64,000 nt of DNA from contig JAJACK010000001.1 of the NCBI GenBank assembly GCA_022601535.1, positions 569,803 to 633,802 of the forward strand, read 5' to 3'. The position numbers were made by a program, and so were the translations under genes. Under the pieces are notes generated by a model, which had not been told where the DNA came from, did not search any database, and saw only the letters and a program-made list of their open reading frames with translations. Positions 19,088 to 27,661 of the stretch are shown here, piece after piece (positions within the stretch are counted from its first letter, which is position 1; each line of letters opens with the position of its first letter). The stretch is from Chlamydiales bacterium. GTDB taxonomy: Bacteria > Chlamydiota > Chlamydiia > Chlamydiales > JAAKFR01.

Positions 19088-20491
19088 TCAAGCAACGAGG
19101 GGGGAGGCGACATGTTCCCCTTCGAGGGGGTAGTTATTGCGCAATCTGCGGAGCACTTGCTTTCGAAGTCTTTGGCTTTTTTCATCTTCATCTTGAGAGA
19201 GGAGTCCTTCTTGGATTTGATACGCCCTTTCAAAGTTTCCCACACGCGCTTCAACAGCACTCAAAATACTCCAAGAGGTGGCATCATTGAGGAGCTCGAC
19301 GGTGATATGAGCGAAATTTAGCCCTTCTTTGTCAGAAATGACCGTGTTTAGTCCCACCCCAAAAAGCCATGCAGCTCCTCGGTATCCGTTTGGTTTATCG
19401 GGAAATTGCCTGATCGTTTCTAAGTAGACTTGCTCCGCTTTTTGCCATTTTTTCTGCCTCTCTAAGCTATAGCCGTAATAGGAGAGGATGGATGGAGAGG
19501 GATCAAATGATTTGCTAAGCTCATAAAAGTAGTGTTCTGCGTAAGAATATTTTTTTGTGTAAAGGGCACAAAATGCGGTCTGTTTGATCAATCGGCGATC
19601 TTTTTTCTTCCACGCATGAGAAGATTGGTAGATCAGAAATGCCTTTTGGAAGTGCCCTCTCTCTTCCATACACTTCCCAAGGCCTAATGTTGCATTGACA
19701 TCGGCAGGATCTTTTTCCAAAAGTTTGCGATAAAGATGTTCTGCTTCAGAAAGATTTCCAAGCTTTCGGTAAGCGTGTGCAAGTTGGCTGACCAAATAAC
19801 GGTGGTTGTAGCCCAATTCTTCTGCCTTTTTGAAAAGGTGGATCGCCTCTGTGTAGTTTTTAAGCGCGATTAAGATCTCTCCACCAAGCACAATGAGCTC
19901 TCCATTTTTTGTCTGGTCAAGCCGTTTTTCGATCAAATGCCAACTCTGCTCGGTGTGCCCTCCGCGCAAAAGTGCAAGGGCAAGGGTGTGGATATCTGAT
20001 TCAGAGCGTAAAATCGGAGAGCAAACTTTAAATGCTTGCAACGCTTCTTCAGGTTGCTCTAGTTCAAGCAAGATTTTTCCCTCTTCAAGCCTGAGCAGAA
20101 GCTCCTCTGGATAGAGTTTTGAAGCGTACTTAACTAAGTGAAGCGCTTCATCATAGGAGTGTGCTCCTTGCAATGCTTGCACATAATAGAGATGAACTTT
20201 TGCCCCTCCCTTTGCATGATGTAAGAGGGGAAGAAGAATGTTTTTGGCTTCATCCCACTTTCCAAGGGTGATTAAATAAGAGGCACTATTTAAGCTCTTT
20301 TGGATTGTTTTAGCGGTCAGTTGATAGTTCCGAATCCAGTGACGGACGGAGAGGTAGCTGATAAACGCGATTGTCAATAAAACGACGACAATAAACACGG
20401 GCAATCTCGTTAGAAAAGCCATAGATAACAAATAGATGAAAATAATAACAAAGGTTATTTTTTTATTCCGAGAGACTGTCCCATAAGGCAC
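19088..20491 (-). CDS. TPR-repeat membrane protein (CT700 position)
   Basis: 467 aa with N-terminal TM segments followed by multiple TPR-like repeats. The start is uncertain: ATG at 20422 would remove the overlap with psd. Confidence 0.7.
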   Translation of the reverse strand: MPYGTVSRNKKITFVIIFIYLLSMAFLTRLPVFIVVVLLTIAFISYLSVRHWIRNYQLTAKTIQKSLNSASYLITLGKWDEAKNILLPLLHHAKGGAKVHLYYVQALQGAHSYDEALHLVKYASKLYPEELLLRLEEGKILLELEQPEEALQAFKVCSPILRSESDIHTLALALLRGGHTEQSWHLIEKRLDQTKNGELIVLGGEILIALKNYTEAIHLFKKAEELGYNHRYLVSQLAHAYRKLGNLSEAEHLYRKLLEKDPADVNATLGLGKCMEERGHFQKAFLIYQSSHAWKKKDRRLIKQTAFCALYTKKYSYAEHYFYELSKSFDPSPSILSYYGYSLERQKKWQKAEQVYLETIRQFPDKPNGYRGAAWLFGVGLNTVISDKEGLNFAHITVELLNDATSWSILSAVEARVGNFERAYQIQEGLLSQDEDEKSQRLRKQVLRRLRNNYPLEGEHVASPLVA

Positions 20492-21336
20492 AGAGTCTCA
20501 GTGTGTTTAGAAGAGTTAAAAACAAGGTCTTGATCGAATACAATGTTGTTTTTTTCGAAAAGTAAGACAAGTGCAGAGCCGCCAAAAGAGAAATACCCTT
20601 TTTCTTCTCCCTTTTTGTACTGTTTGCGAGGTGTAAACGTTTGATGGATAGAGCCAACATTTGTTGCTCCAATTTCAATAAACAACACAGGTCCAAAATG
20701 CTCACTTTCGAGCGTTGTAAGAGATCGCTTATTGTTTATGAAACGGTTGAGATTTTGTTTTAGTGCAATTGGATTGACAGAATAGAGCCATCCATTGATC
20801 AAGCGGGGATCGCTTGGGTGATTATCACATGGAAAATGGAAGCGGTGGTAGTCGGTGGGATTAAGCCGTCCGATCACCATACTTCCCCCCTCATACCGCT
20901 TAGCAAGGGTTTGAGAGCCGAGGAGTGTTGCAAGAGAAAATTTCTCTCCTTTCACGACAAAACCGTCACAAGCAGTGATGTCTTGGTAAAATAAAAACCG
21001 TCCATCGGCAGGAATCACAGCATCACTTTTGTCAATTGGGCGGGCCTCTTTTTTCAATGTCCGGGTGAAAAAATCATTGAAAGAGGAGAAGGTCTCAGGA
21101 GGTTTTTGAAATTCGGAAGAATCGATCTGGTATTTTTCTATAAAAGGAGCGATTTTTCGTTTTGAAAAGGGGCGTGTTTGTAAAAAACCGAAAAATTTAG
21201 AGAAAAAGGGGTAGGAGGAGAAGATTTTTGCAAGCTTTTGGCCAGCCCGATTTTCCCCATAAAAGAAACGTAGTAATCCTTCATAGTAAACTTTCTCTAC
21301 CTGTTTTTCACCTGTTTTTCGATCGATGTAGTGCAT
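20455..21336 (-). CDS. psd: Phosphatidylserine decarboxylase proenzyme
   Basis: PSD fold motifs are present, with the self-cleavage site in GYFSFGGSALVLLF. I chose the start at ATG 21336 (MHYIDRKTGE) because GGGAGA lies 3-4 nt upstream; the track ORF extends to 21375. Confidence 0.85.
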   Translation of the reverse strand: MHYIDRKTGEKQVEKVYYEGLLRFFYGENRAGQKLAKIFSSYPFFSKFFGFLQTRPFSKRKIAPFIEKYQIDSSEFQKPPETFSSFNDFFTRTLKKEARPIDKSDAVIPADGRFLFYQDITACDGFVVKGEKFSLATLLGSQTLAKRYEGGSMVIGRLNPTDYHRFHFPCDNHPSDPRLINGWLYSVNPIALKQNLNRFINNKRSLTTLESEHFGPVLFIEIGATNVGSIHQTFTPRKQYKKGEEKGYFSFGGSALVLLFEKNNIVFDQDLVFNSSKHTETLCLMGQSLGIKK

Positions 21337-21646
21337 CTTCTCCCACCTGAGTAAAAAATCGGAGTTCATCGACAAATTCGGTTGGGAAAAGGTGGGCGAG
21401 ATGTTGCGCTTCTAACTCTTGGAAGAGTTTCATCGCTCGTCGGACCATCAAGGTTCCCAATTTACCATTGTCAGGATCGGCAAGAAAGTGTCCTCGCATC
21501 TCTTTATACGCCTTGAGTTCTTGCATCGCCTGCAGCTGCCCCTCTAAATTTTTTTGAGTCGTTTCAATCAGCTCCTGGAGCGTCTCTACTTCATCGGCAA
21601 TGAGGGGTGTGGCCAGTAATATAAAAAAGAGTCGGAATAATTTCAT
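21308..21646 (-). CDS. Small secreted coiled-coil protein (hypothetical)
   Basis: I chose ATG 21646 because it gives MKLFRLFFILLATPLIADE, a signal peptide. The track ORF starts at an upstream TTG (21682). The 3' end overlaps the psd start. Confidence 0.45.
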   Translation of the reverse strand: MKLFRLFFILLATPLIADEVETLQELIETTQKNLEGQLQAMQELKAYKEMRGHFLADPDNGKLGTLMVRRAMKLFQELEAQHLAHLFPTEFVDELRFFTQVGEDALHRSKNR

Positions 21647-21653
21647 AAAAGCC

Positions 21654-21675
21654 TGTATAATCGTCGGATTATACA
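21654..21675. promoter_or_regulatory. Perfect 9-4-9 palindrome carrying back-to-back extended -10 boxes in a 30-bp divergent intergenic region
   Basis: TGTATAATC-GTCG-GATTATACA reads TGnTATAAT on both strands. It lies between ATG 21646 (minus strand) and ATG 21677 (plus strand). Confidence 0.45.
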
Positions 21676-21676
21676 A

Positions 21677-23017
21677 ATGCAAACATTAAATGATACAATA
21701 GCTGCGCTAGCAACTCCTCCGGGGGAAGGGGGAATTGCAATCATCCGGATCTCTGGAAAGGGGGCGTTTGAGGTTGCAAATCACCTTTTTTCAGGAGAGG
21801 TGAGTCATTACCGAACACACACGGCTCATTTCGGTAGAATCGAAGAGGAGGGGAAAAAACTCGATGAGGCGATCTGCCTTGTGATGCGCTCCCCCCGCTC
21901 ATATACAGGAGAGGATACGGTCGAGTTTCAGTGCCATGGAGGGATGATTGCTTCAAAAAAAGTGTTGGATGCCATTTTGCGCTTAGGGGTGAGAGCAGCA
22001 ACTCCTGGAGAGTTTACTTTCCGCGCTTTTATGAATGGGAAGCTAGATCTTGCTCAAGCAGAGGCTGTCCAACAACTGATTGCAGCTAAAAGTGACGAGG
22101 CGTACTCAGTTGCTTCCAAACAGCTCGAAGGGACTTTTTCTCAAAAAATCAAACGATTTCAAACAGAGTTAACACAATTGGCCGCAATTTTAGAGGCGTG
22201 GGTCGACTTTCCCGAGGAGGGGCTTGAGTTTGCTTCCCAAGAAGAGCTCTCTGCAGATCTCCACTCGATCCAAAAGCAAATGGGGACCCTTTTAGACACC
22301 TTTGAAGATGGAAAAAAAATGGCTCATGGAATTTCACTTGTCATTGTTGGAGCGCCTAACGCGGGGAAATCGTCCCTTTTGAATGCACTTCTCGATGAAG
22401 AGCGTGCAATTGTAACAGCCCGCCCTGGAACAACAAGAGACCTTCTCCATGAAGAGGTAACCATCGGTGGAATTCTCTTTCGGTTGATCGATACAGCAGG
22501 CATTAGAGAGACTGAAGAAGAAATTGAAAAAGAAGGAATTGCACGTGCTCAAAAGGCGTTAAAAGAGGCCGATCTTATTTTGGCTGTCGTCGATGCGACT
22601 GAAGAGTGTCCAGAGTTTACCGCAACCCTTCCAAAGGAAAAAACACTCTGTCTTTTCAATAAGATCGACCTCCCGCATACACTTCCCAAACTCGATTTCC
22701 CCGTTCAAATTTCGATCTCTGCAAAAACAAAAGAGGGGATTGAGAAGCTTTGTCAAACACTTCCTAAGGTTGTTTGGAGTCGTGGAGCTCCACCTAAAGA
22801 AGAGGTTGTCCTCACTTCAACGCGACATAAAAATGCTGTGCACGATGCGTGCACAGCACTCAAAACATTACAGGTTGGATTGGCAGAAAAACGATCTCCT
22901 GAACTACTCACTTCAGATATCCGTGCTTCCCTCTCTGCTTTGGGGCGGATCATTGGAACCGATATCACCGAAGATATCCTCTCCTCAATTTTTTCAACCT
23001 TTTGTGTCGGAAAATGA
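21677..23017 (+). CDS. mnmE: tRNA modification GTPase MnmE (TrmE/ThdF)
   Basis: 446 aa with G-domain motifs GAPNAGKSS, DTAG and NKID, and the C-terminal CVGK tetrapeptide. Confidence 0.93.
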   Translation: MQTLNDTIAALATPPGEGGIAIIRISGKGAFEVANHLFSGEVSHYRTHTAHFGRIEEEGKKLDEAICLVMRSPRSYTGEDTVEFQCHGGMIASKKVLDAILRLGVRAATPGEFTFRAFMNGKLDLAQAEAVQQLIAAKSDEAYSVASKQLEGTFSQKIKRFQTELTQLAAILEAWVDFPEEGLEFASQEELSADLHSIQKQMGTLLDTFEDGKKMAHGISLVIVGAPNAGKSSLLNALLDEERAIVTARPGTTRDLLHEEVTIGGILFRLIDTAGIRETEEEIEKEGIARAQKALKEADLILAVVDATEECPEFTATLPKEKTLCLFNKIDLPHTLPKLDFPVQISISAKTKEGIEKLCQTLPKVVWSRGAPPKEEVVLTSTRHKNAVHDACTALKTLQVGLAEKRSPELLTSDIRASLSALGRIIGTDITEDILSSIFSTFCVGK

Positions 23018-23628
23018 ACCAAAAAGAACGTGTCCATCAGATCCAAAAAATCTTAGACCATTACTTCCCTGATCCAGAAGTTCCACTCAACTATACAAGC
23101 AGCTTTACACTTCTGATCGCTGTTTTGCTCTCAGCTCGTTGTACCGATGCAATGGTCAATCGGGTCACACCCCACCTCTTTGCAAAAGCAAGCACTCCTC
23201 AACAAATGGCAGCTCTTCCCGTCTCAACAATCCAAGGGATCATTCGCCCTTGTGGTCTGTCGCCTCAAAAAGCAAAGCGGATCCAAGCTTTGTCAAAAAT
23301 CATTGAACAAGAACATGGAGGAGAGGTTCCAAGCTCGCTTGAAGAGCTTGAAAAACTTCCAGGAGTAGGACATAAAACAGCCTCTGTCGTCCTCAATCAA
23401 GCATTTGGTCTCCCTGCTTTCCCCGTCGACACACATATCTACCGGTCTGCTAGACGGTGGGGTCTTTCAAAAGGGAAGACGGTTGTCGCAGTGGAGAAGG
23501 ATTTAAAAAGATTATTTGACAAAAGTGCCTGGGGGAAGCTCCACCTCCAGATCATTCTCTTTGCTCGAAACTACTGTCCCTCGAGAGGGCATCAAAAAGA
23601 AACTTGTCCGATCTGTTCTTTATTTTAA
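23002..23628 (+). CDS. nth: Endonuclease III (HhH-GPD DNA glycosylase)
   Basis: 208 aa with HhH LPGVGHKTASVVL and catalytic-Asp context VDTHIYR. The C-terminal Cys cluster is atypical (see findings). Confidence 0.85.
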   Translation: MCRKMNQKERVHQIQKILDHYFPDPEVPLNYTSSFTLLIAVLLSARCTDAMVNRVTPHLFAKASTPQQMAALPVSTIQGIIRPCGLSPQKAKRIQALSKIIEQEHGGEVPSSLEELEKLPGVGHKTASVVLNQAFGLPAFPVDTHIYRSARRWGLSKGKTVVAVEKDLKRLFDKSAWGKLHLQIILFARNYCPSRGHQKETCPICSLF

Positions 23629-23679
23629 TATTTTTTTCTTATATAATATTAATCGAGCAGTTTTATTTTAGGACATTTT

Positions 23680-24837
23680 TTGAAACATTTTTCAGCAATA
23701 GTAGCGACCGGTTTTGCGATGTTTGCCATGTTCTTTGGTGCAGGGAATATCGTATTTCCTCTTGCCCTAGGGCAGTTTGCTCAAAATCAAAACTTCTGGG
23801 GAATGCTAGGCTTAGTTGTAACAGCTGTTTTTGTTCCCCTGATGGGGCTTATGGGGATGTTCCTCTATGGGGGGAATTATAATAAATTTTTTGGCCAAGT
23901 AGGGAAAGTCCCTGGCTCTATTTTGGTTTTTCTCATTTTATGCCTGATCGGCCCTTTTGGAGGGATTCCTCGTTGTATTGCGATCTCCCACGCAACTCTA
24001 ACGGCGATTGACCTCCCTTACCTCTCAACATTGAATCTGTTGACATTTAGTGCCGTTGTTTGCCTTTTAATTTATTTATTTACATGTCGACCAGCAAGGA
24101 TAGTCCCTCTACTTGGAAAGGTTTTGACCCCTTTTCTTCTTCTTACTTTGGGAATTATCGTAGCCAAAGGGCTTTTTGTGATGCCTCATGCAGCTGTAGT
24201 GGATCACACCCGTTTCCACACCTTCTGGGCAGGATTTACAGAAGGGTATAATACGATGGATCTACTCGCTTCGTTCTTTTTCTCTTCAATTATTCTTGTC
24301 TTTTTTAAGTCTCAGACAGAAGAAGAGAAGCAAGGAGCGCTTCGTGTGGCGTTAAAAGGAGGACTTTTTGCAGCAATTCTTTTAGCACTTGTCTATGGCA
24401 GTTTTTCTTTCCTAGCAGCCGGGTTTAGCAGCTCTCTTGAGGCTGTTGCAAGCCATCAACTTCTCGGGGCTCTGTCAGTTGAACTTCTCGGCCCTTATGC
24501 TGGCTTGATCGTCGCTGTTTTGGTCTTCTTTGCTGTTTTAACGACGATGATTGCATTGACAGCGATTTTCTCCAGATTTCTCCAGGAGAAAATCTTTCGC
24601 GGAAAGATTTCGTATCCTCTTGCCTTAGTTGCAACTCTTGCAACCTCTTTTGCCGTATCGATTCTTCGGTTTGATGGAATCGCTGCATTTGTAACGCCTA
24701 TTTTACAGCTCTGTTATCCAGCCTTAATTGTACTTGCTGCAGCAAATATTCTCCACAAACTGTACAACTTCCAGTATGTAAAGCTGGTATTTTATACAAC
24801 ACTTGGAACCACAGCTCTAATTCAATTATTGGCCTAA
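23680..24837 (+). CDS. brnQ: Branched-chain amino acid transport carrier BrnQ (LIVCS family), copy 1
   Basis: 385 aa, TTG start, N-terminal FAMFFGAGNIVFPLALG signature, polytopic. Confidence 0.85.
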   Translation: MKHFSAIVATGFAMFAMFFGAGNIVFPLALGQFAQNQNFWGMLGLVVTAVFVPLMGLMGMFLYGGNYNKFFGQVGKVPGSILVFLILCLIGPFGGIPRCIAISHATLTAIDLPYLSTLNLLTFSAVVCLLIYLFTCRPARIVPLLGKVLTPFLLLTLGIIVAKGLFVMPHAAVVDHTRFHTFWAGFTEGYNTMDLLASFFFSSIILVFFKSQTEEEKQGALRVALKGGLFAAILLALVYGSFSFLAAGFSSSLEAVASHQLLGALSVELLGPYAGLIVAVLVFFAVLTTMIALTAIFSRFLQEKIFRGKISYPLALVATLATSFAVSILRFDGIAAFVTPILQLCYPALIVLAAANILHKLYNFQYVKLVFYTTLGTTALIQLLA

Positions 24838-24839
24838 TT

Positions 24840-25991
24840 TTGAAACACTTTTCAGCAATAGTCGCAGCCGGTTTTGCCATCTTTGCCATGTTTTTTGGGG
24901 CGGGGAATATTGTCTTCCCTCTCGCTCTAGGACAATTTGCCCAAAATCAAACTTTTTGGGGGATGCTCGGCTTGGATCTAACAGGTGTATGTGTTCCTCT
25001 CCTTGGACTTTTTGGGATGTTTCTTTTTGAGGGAAATTACACCTCCTTTTTTAATCGGATAGGGAAACTTCCCGGTTTTATTTTGATCACTCTCATGCTT
25101 TGTCTTTTAGGCCCTTTTGGAGCAATCCCTCGTTGTATCACAATCTCCTATGCCACTTTAACCGCAGTTGGCCTTCCTCACTTCAATTTTATCTTATTCA
25201 GTGGAGCTTCTTCTCTTTTACTCTACCTACTCACATGTCGACCAACCAAAATTGTTCCATTGATCGGGCAAGTATTGACCCCTTTTCTCCTTCTTACTTT
25301 AGCAATGATCATTGTAAAAGGGCTCTTTGTCATGCCACATGCAGCAATGGTGGATCACACGCGTCTACACACTTTCTGGACTGGCTTTACAGAAGGGTAC
25401 AACACGATGGATTTGCTCGCTTCTTTCTTTTTTTCTTCTGTTATTCTTGTTTGTTTCAAGTCTGAAACAGAAGAAGAGAAAAAAAGAGCATTCCGGATTG
25501 CATTACGAGGAGGTATTGTTGCAGCGATTCTTTTAGCAGTGGTTTATGGGAGCTTCTCCTTTCTAGCTGCAGGTTTTAGTGCTTCTCTAGGAGGTGTTGC
25601 AAGCCATCAACTTCTTGGGAGCTTAGCCGTTGAGTTGCTCGGCTCTCATGCTGGTTTGATTGTGGCAGCATTGGTCTTCTTTGCCGTTTTAACAACGATG
25701 ATTGCATTGACAGCGATTTTTGCTAAATTCCTAAAGGAGAAAATTTTTAGAGAGAAAATCTCCTATCCTCTTGCCCTTGTCATCACGCTTGCCACGACGT
25801 TTGCGATCTCAATTTTTCAATTCGATGGAATTGCTTCACTTGTCTCTCCCCTCTTGCAGCTTTGTTATCCAGCATTGATTGCTCTTGCCATCGTCAACAT
25901 TCTTCATAAATTGTACAATTTTCAGCTTGTCAAGCCGATTTTCTATGGAACGCTTGGAGCGACTGCTCTTTTTCATCTATTTGTTTCATAG
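24840..25991 (+). CDS. brnQ: Branched-chain amino acid transport carrier BrnQ, copy 2 (tandem paralog)
   Basis: 383 aa with a TTG start 2 nt after the copy-1 stop. It is collinear with copy 1 along its full length; roughly three quarters of residues look identical by eye. Confidence 0.85.
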   Translation: MKHFSAIVAAGFAIFAMFFGAGNIVFPLALGQFAQNQTFWGMLGLDLTGVCVPLLGLFGMFLFEGNYTSFFNRIGKLPGFILITLMLCLLGPFGAIPRCITISYATLTAVGLPHFNFILFSGASSLLLYLLTCRPTKIVPLIGQVLTPFLLLTLAMIIVKGLFVMPHAAMVDHTRLHTFWTGFTEGYNTMDLLASFFFSSVILVCFKSETEEEKKRAFRIALRGGIVAAILLAVVYGSFSFLAAGFSASLGGVASHQLLGSLAVELLGSHAGLIVAALVFFAVLTTMIALTAIFAKFLKEKIFREKISYPLALVITLATTFAISIFQFDGIASLVSPLLQLCYPALIALAIVNILHKLYNFQLVKPIFYGTLGATALFHLFVS

Positions 25992-27570
25992 AAGCTTGGA
26001 AGAATTGTTCGTATACAACCTGAAAAGCAACAGCTGTTGGACTCACAGTTGTGATGATCGTCTCAGCATTTAAACCAAGCTCACCATCTCTTGCATCTCG
26101 CGTTGCAAGAAGGGTTAGACGGAATTTCTTTGATAGCTCACTTAACAATGTTTTTTGTCCTTTAAAGCGCCAAGCGTTATAGGAGGTGAAAATGATAGAG
26201 TCAATGTCTATAAGCTTCTCTTCTAGTTCTTTAATCTCTTCATATGTGGGATTTAAGCCATTAAAATAAAAAATATTTTCCCCGCCAAGTTTTGCAAACC
26301 CACTTGTTTCAATTGCCCTTTGAAGAATTCGTGGTGCAATGATCCCAACATTTTGATCTCTCCGTTGGAGGAAGTACGACCCTTTTTCTAGTCGAACAGC
26401 TCTTTTAGCAATTTCGTAGGAGCATTCACAAGCGAGTTGTTTGTCTCCTTTTACGGCTGTTTTTTCTCCAATATGGAACTGTTTTTTTACCCGAAGAATT
26501 CGATCAACAGATTCTTCAAGCCGTTGAATTGTAATACGTCCCTCATAAAGAGCCTTTAAAAGAGCATTTCGAATGCAACTTAGATCTCGACTAAGAAGAG
26601 GTTTTTCTGTGCTATTTAATCTTTGATCACCAATCACAAGCAAATCACTTCCTGCTTCAAATGCTTGAACTGCAGCTTCGGCAATATCTCCACACTCCTC
26701 AACAATTGCTCCCATCGTCAATGAATCTGTAACGATCAACCCTTGATAACCCCACTCGTTGCGCAAAAGGTGAGTGACAATCGCTTTTGATAAGCTCGTG
26801 CAACAGTCGTGATCAAGCTCAGGAACGCGAAGGTGAGCTGTCATAATTGCGGGAGATTCATTCAAGATTGTTCGAAATGAAACAAATTCGAGTGCATCCA
26901 AATCATCACGACACTTCTTCAAGGTAGGGAGTGATTCGTGAGAATCCATCTCAACATCTCCGTGACCAGGAAAATGTTTGAGGCAACTGACGATACCAGC
27001 GGCAGAAAATCCATAACTTGCAGCAAGACCCAAACGGGTCACTAATGCAGGGTTATCACCATACGAACGGATTCCAATCACCGGGTTATTCCGATTTGAA
27101 TGGACATCTACGACAGGGGCAAAAGTGAAATTGATTCCCACTTCCTTCATCTCAAGTCCCATCTCTTTTGCTGAGAGAAATGCAAGTTCTACAGAGTCTG
27201 CTCGTCCAAGGGCGGCATTCCCTGGAAACTCTGTAAAGCCGTTGTATAATCTTGTGACCAATCCCCCCTCTTGATCTGTGGAAATAAATAGACTCGGGAT
27301 CTCCAGATCAGCGGCTTGCATTTGCAGTCCAAAAGCAAGAGCTTCGGTTTGTTGTGGTGATTCAAGCTTATTGGACCAATTGTAGAAAATCACACCACCA
27401 GGGCGATGAGTTGCAAGGAATTTATAGGTTGTCTCATCAGCTTTTTCACCATCGATATAGGGGATGAGGATCTGTCCGATTTGCTCTTCAATCGTCAAAG
27501 ATGCTTGAAGGGTCGAGAAAAGGGTGAATAGCGCAGTTACAATAAATGTGATTTTTCTCAAAAGACCCAT
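25930..27570 (-). CDS. nagZ: Glycoside hydrolase family 3, NagZ-like beta-N-acetylhexosaminidase, secreted two-domain form
   Basis: KHFPGHGDVEMDSH motif and GH3 N-terminal domain motifs. I chose the start at ATG 27570 (MGLLRKITFIVTALF, a signal peptide), preceded by AAAGG; the track ORF extends to 27615. Confidence 0.82.
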   Translation of the reverse strand: MGLLRKITFIVTALFTLFSTLQASLTIEEQIGQILIPYIDGEKADETTYKFLATHRPGGVIFYNWSNKLESPQQTEALAFGLQMQAADLEIPSLFISTDQEGGLVTRLYNGFTEFPGNAALGRADSVELAFLSAKEMGLEMKEVGINFTFAPVVDVHSNRNNPVIGIRSYGDNPALVTRLGLAASYGFSAAGIVSCLKHFPGHGDVEMDSHESLPTLKKCRDDLDALEFVSFRTILNESPAIMTAHLRVPELDHDCCTSLSKAIVTHLLRNEWGYQGLIVTDSLTMGAIVEECGDIAEAAVQAFEAGSDLLVIGDQRLNSTEKPLLSRDLSCIRNALLKALYEGRITIQRLEESVDRILRVKKQFHIGEKTAVKGDKQLACECSYEIAKRAVRLEKGSYFLQRRDQNVGIIAPRILQRAIETSGFAKLGGENIFYFNGLNPTYEEIKELEEKLIDIDSIIFTSYNAWRFKGQKTLLSELSKKFRLTLLATRDARDGELGLNAETIITTVSPTAVAFQVVYEQFFQASMKQIDEKEQSLQAFHRKSA

Positions 27571-27661
27571 CCTTTTTTTGAACAAGAGACAGGGTATGCG
27601 ACCTGATGATTCCAATCAACTCTATGAAAAAAGATGAAACTTTTGTTAATGTAAAGGGTTT

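Noticed and set aside
18555-19133. 192-aa plus-strand ORF, plus 18464-18856 and other ORFs inside secA
   Set aside because: They are antisense to or out of frame with secA, which is continuous and motif-rich over 1006 codons.
25930-25991. 62-bp convergent overlap of the brnQ copy 2 and nagZ 3' ends
   Set aside because: Both C-termini look genuine (the brnQ end matches its paralog). The overlap is probably just compact gene packing, and I found no hairpin or other signal in it.
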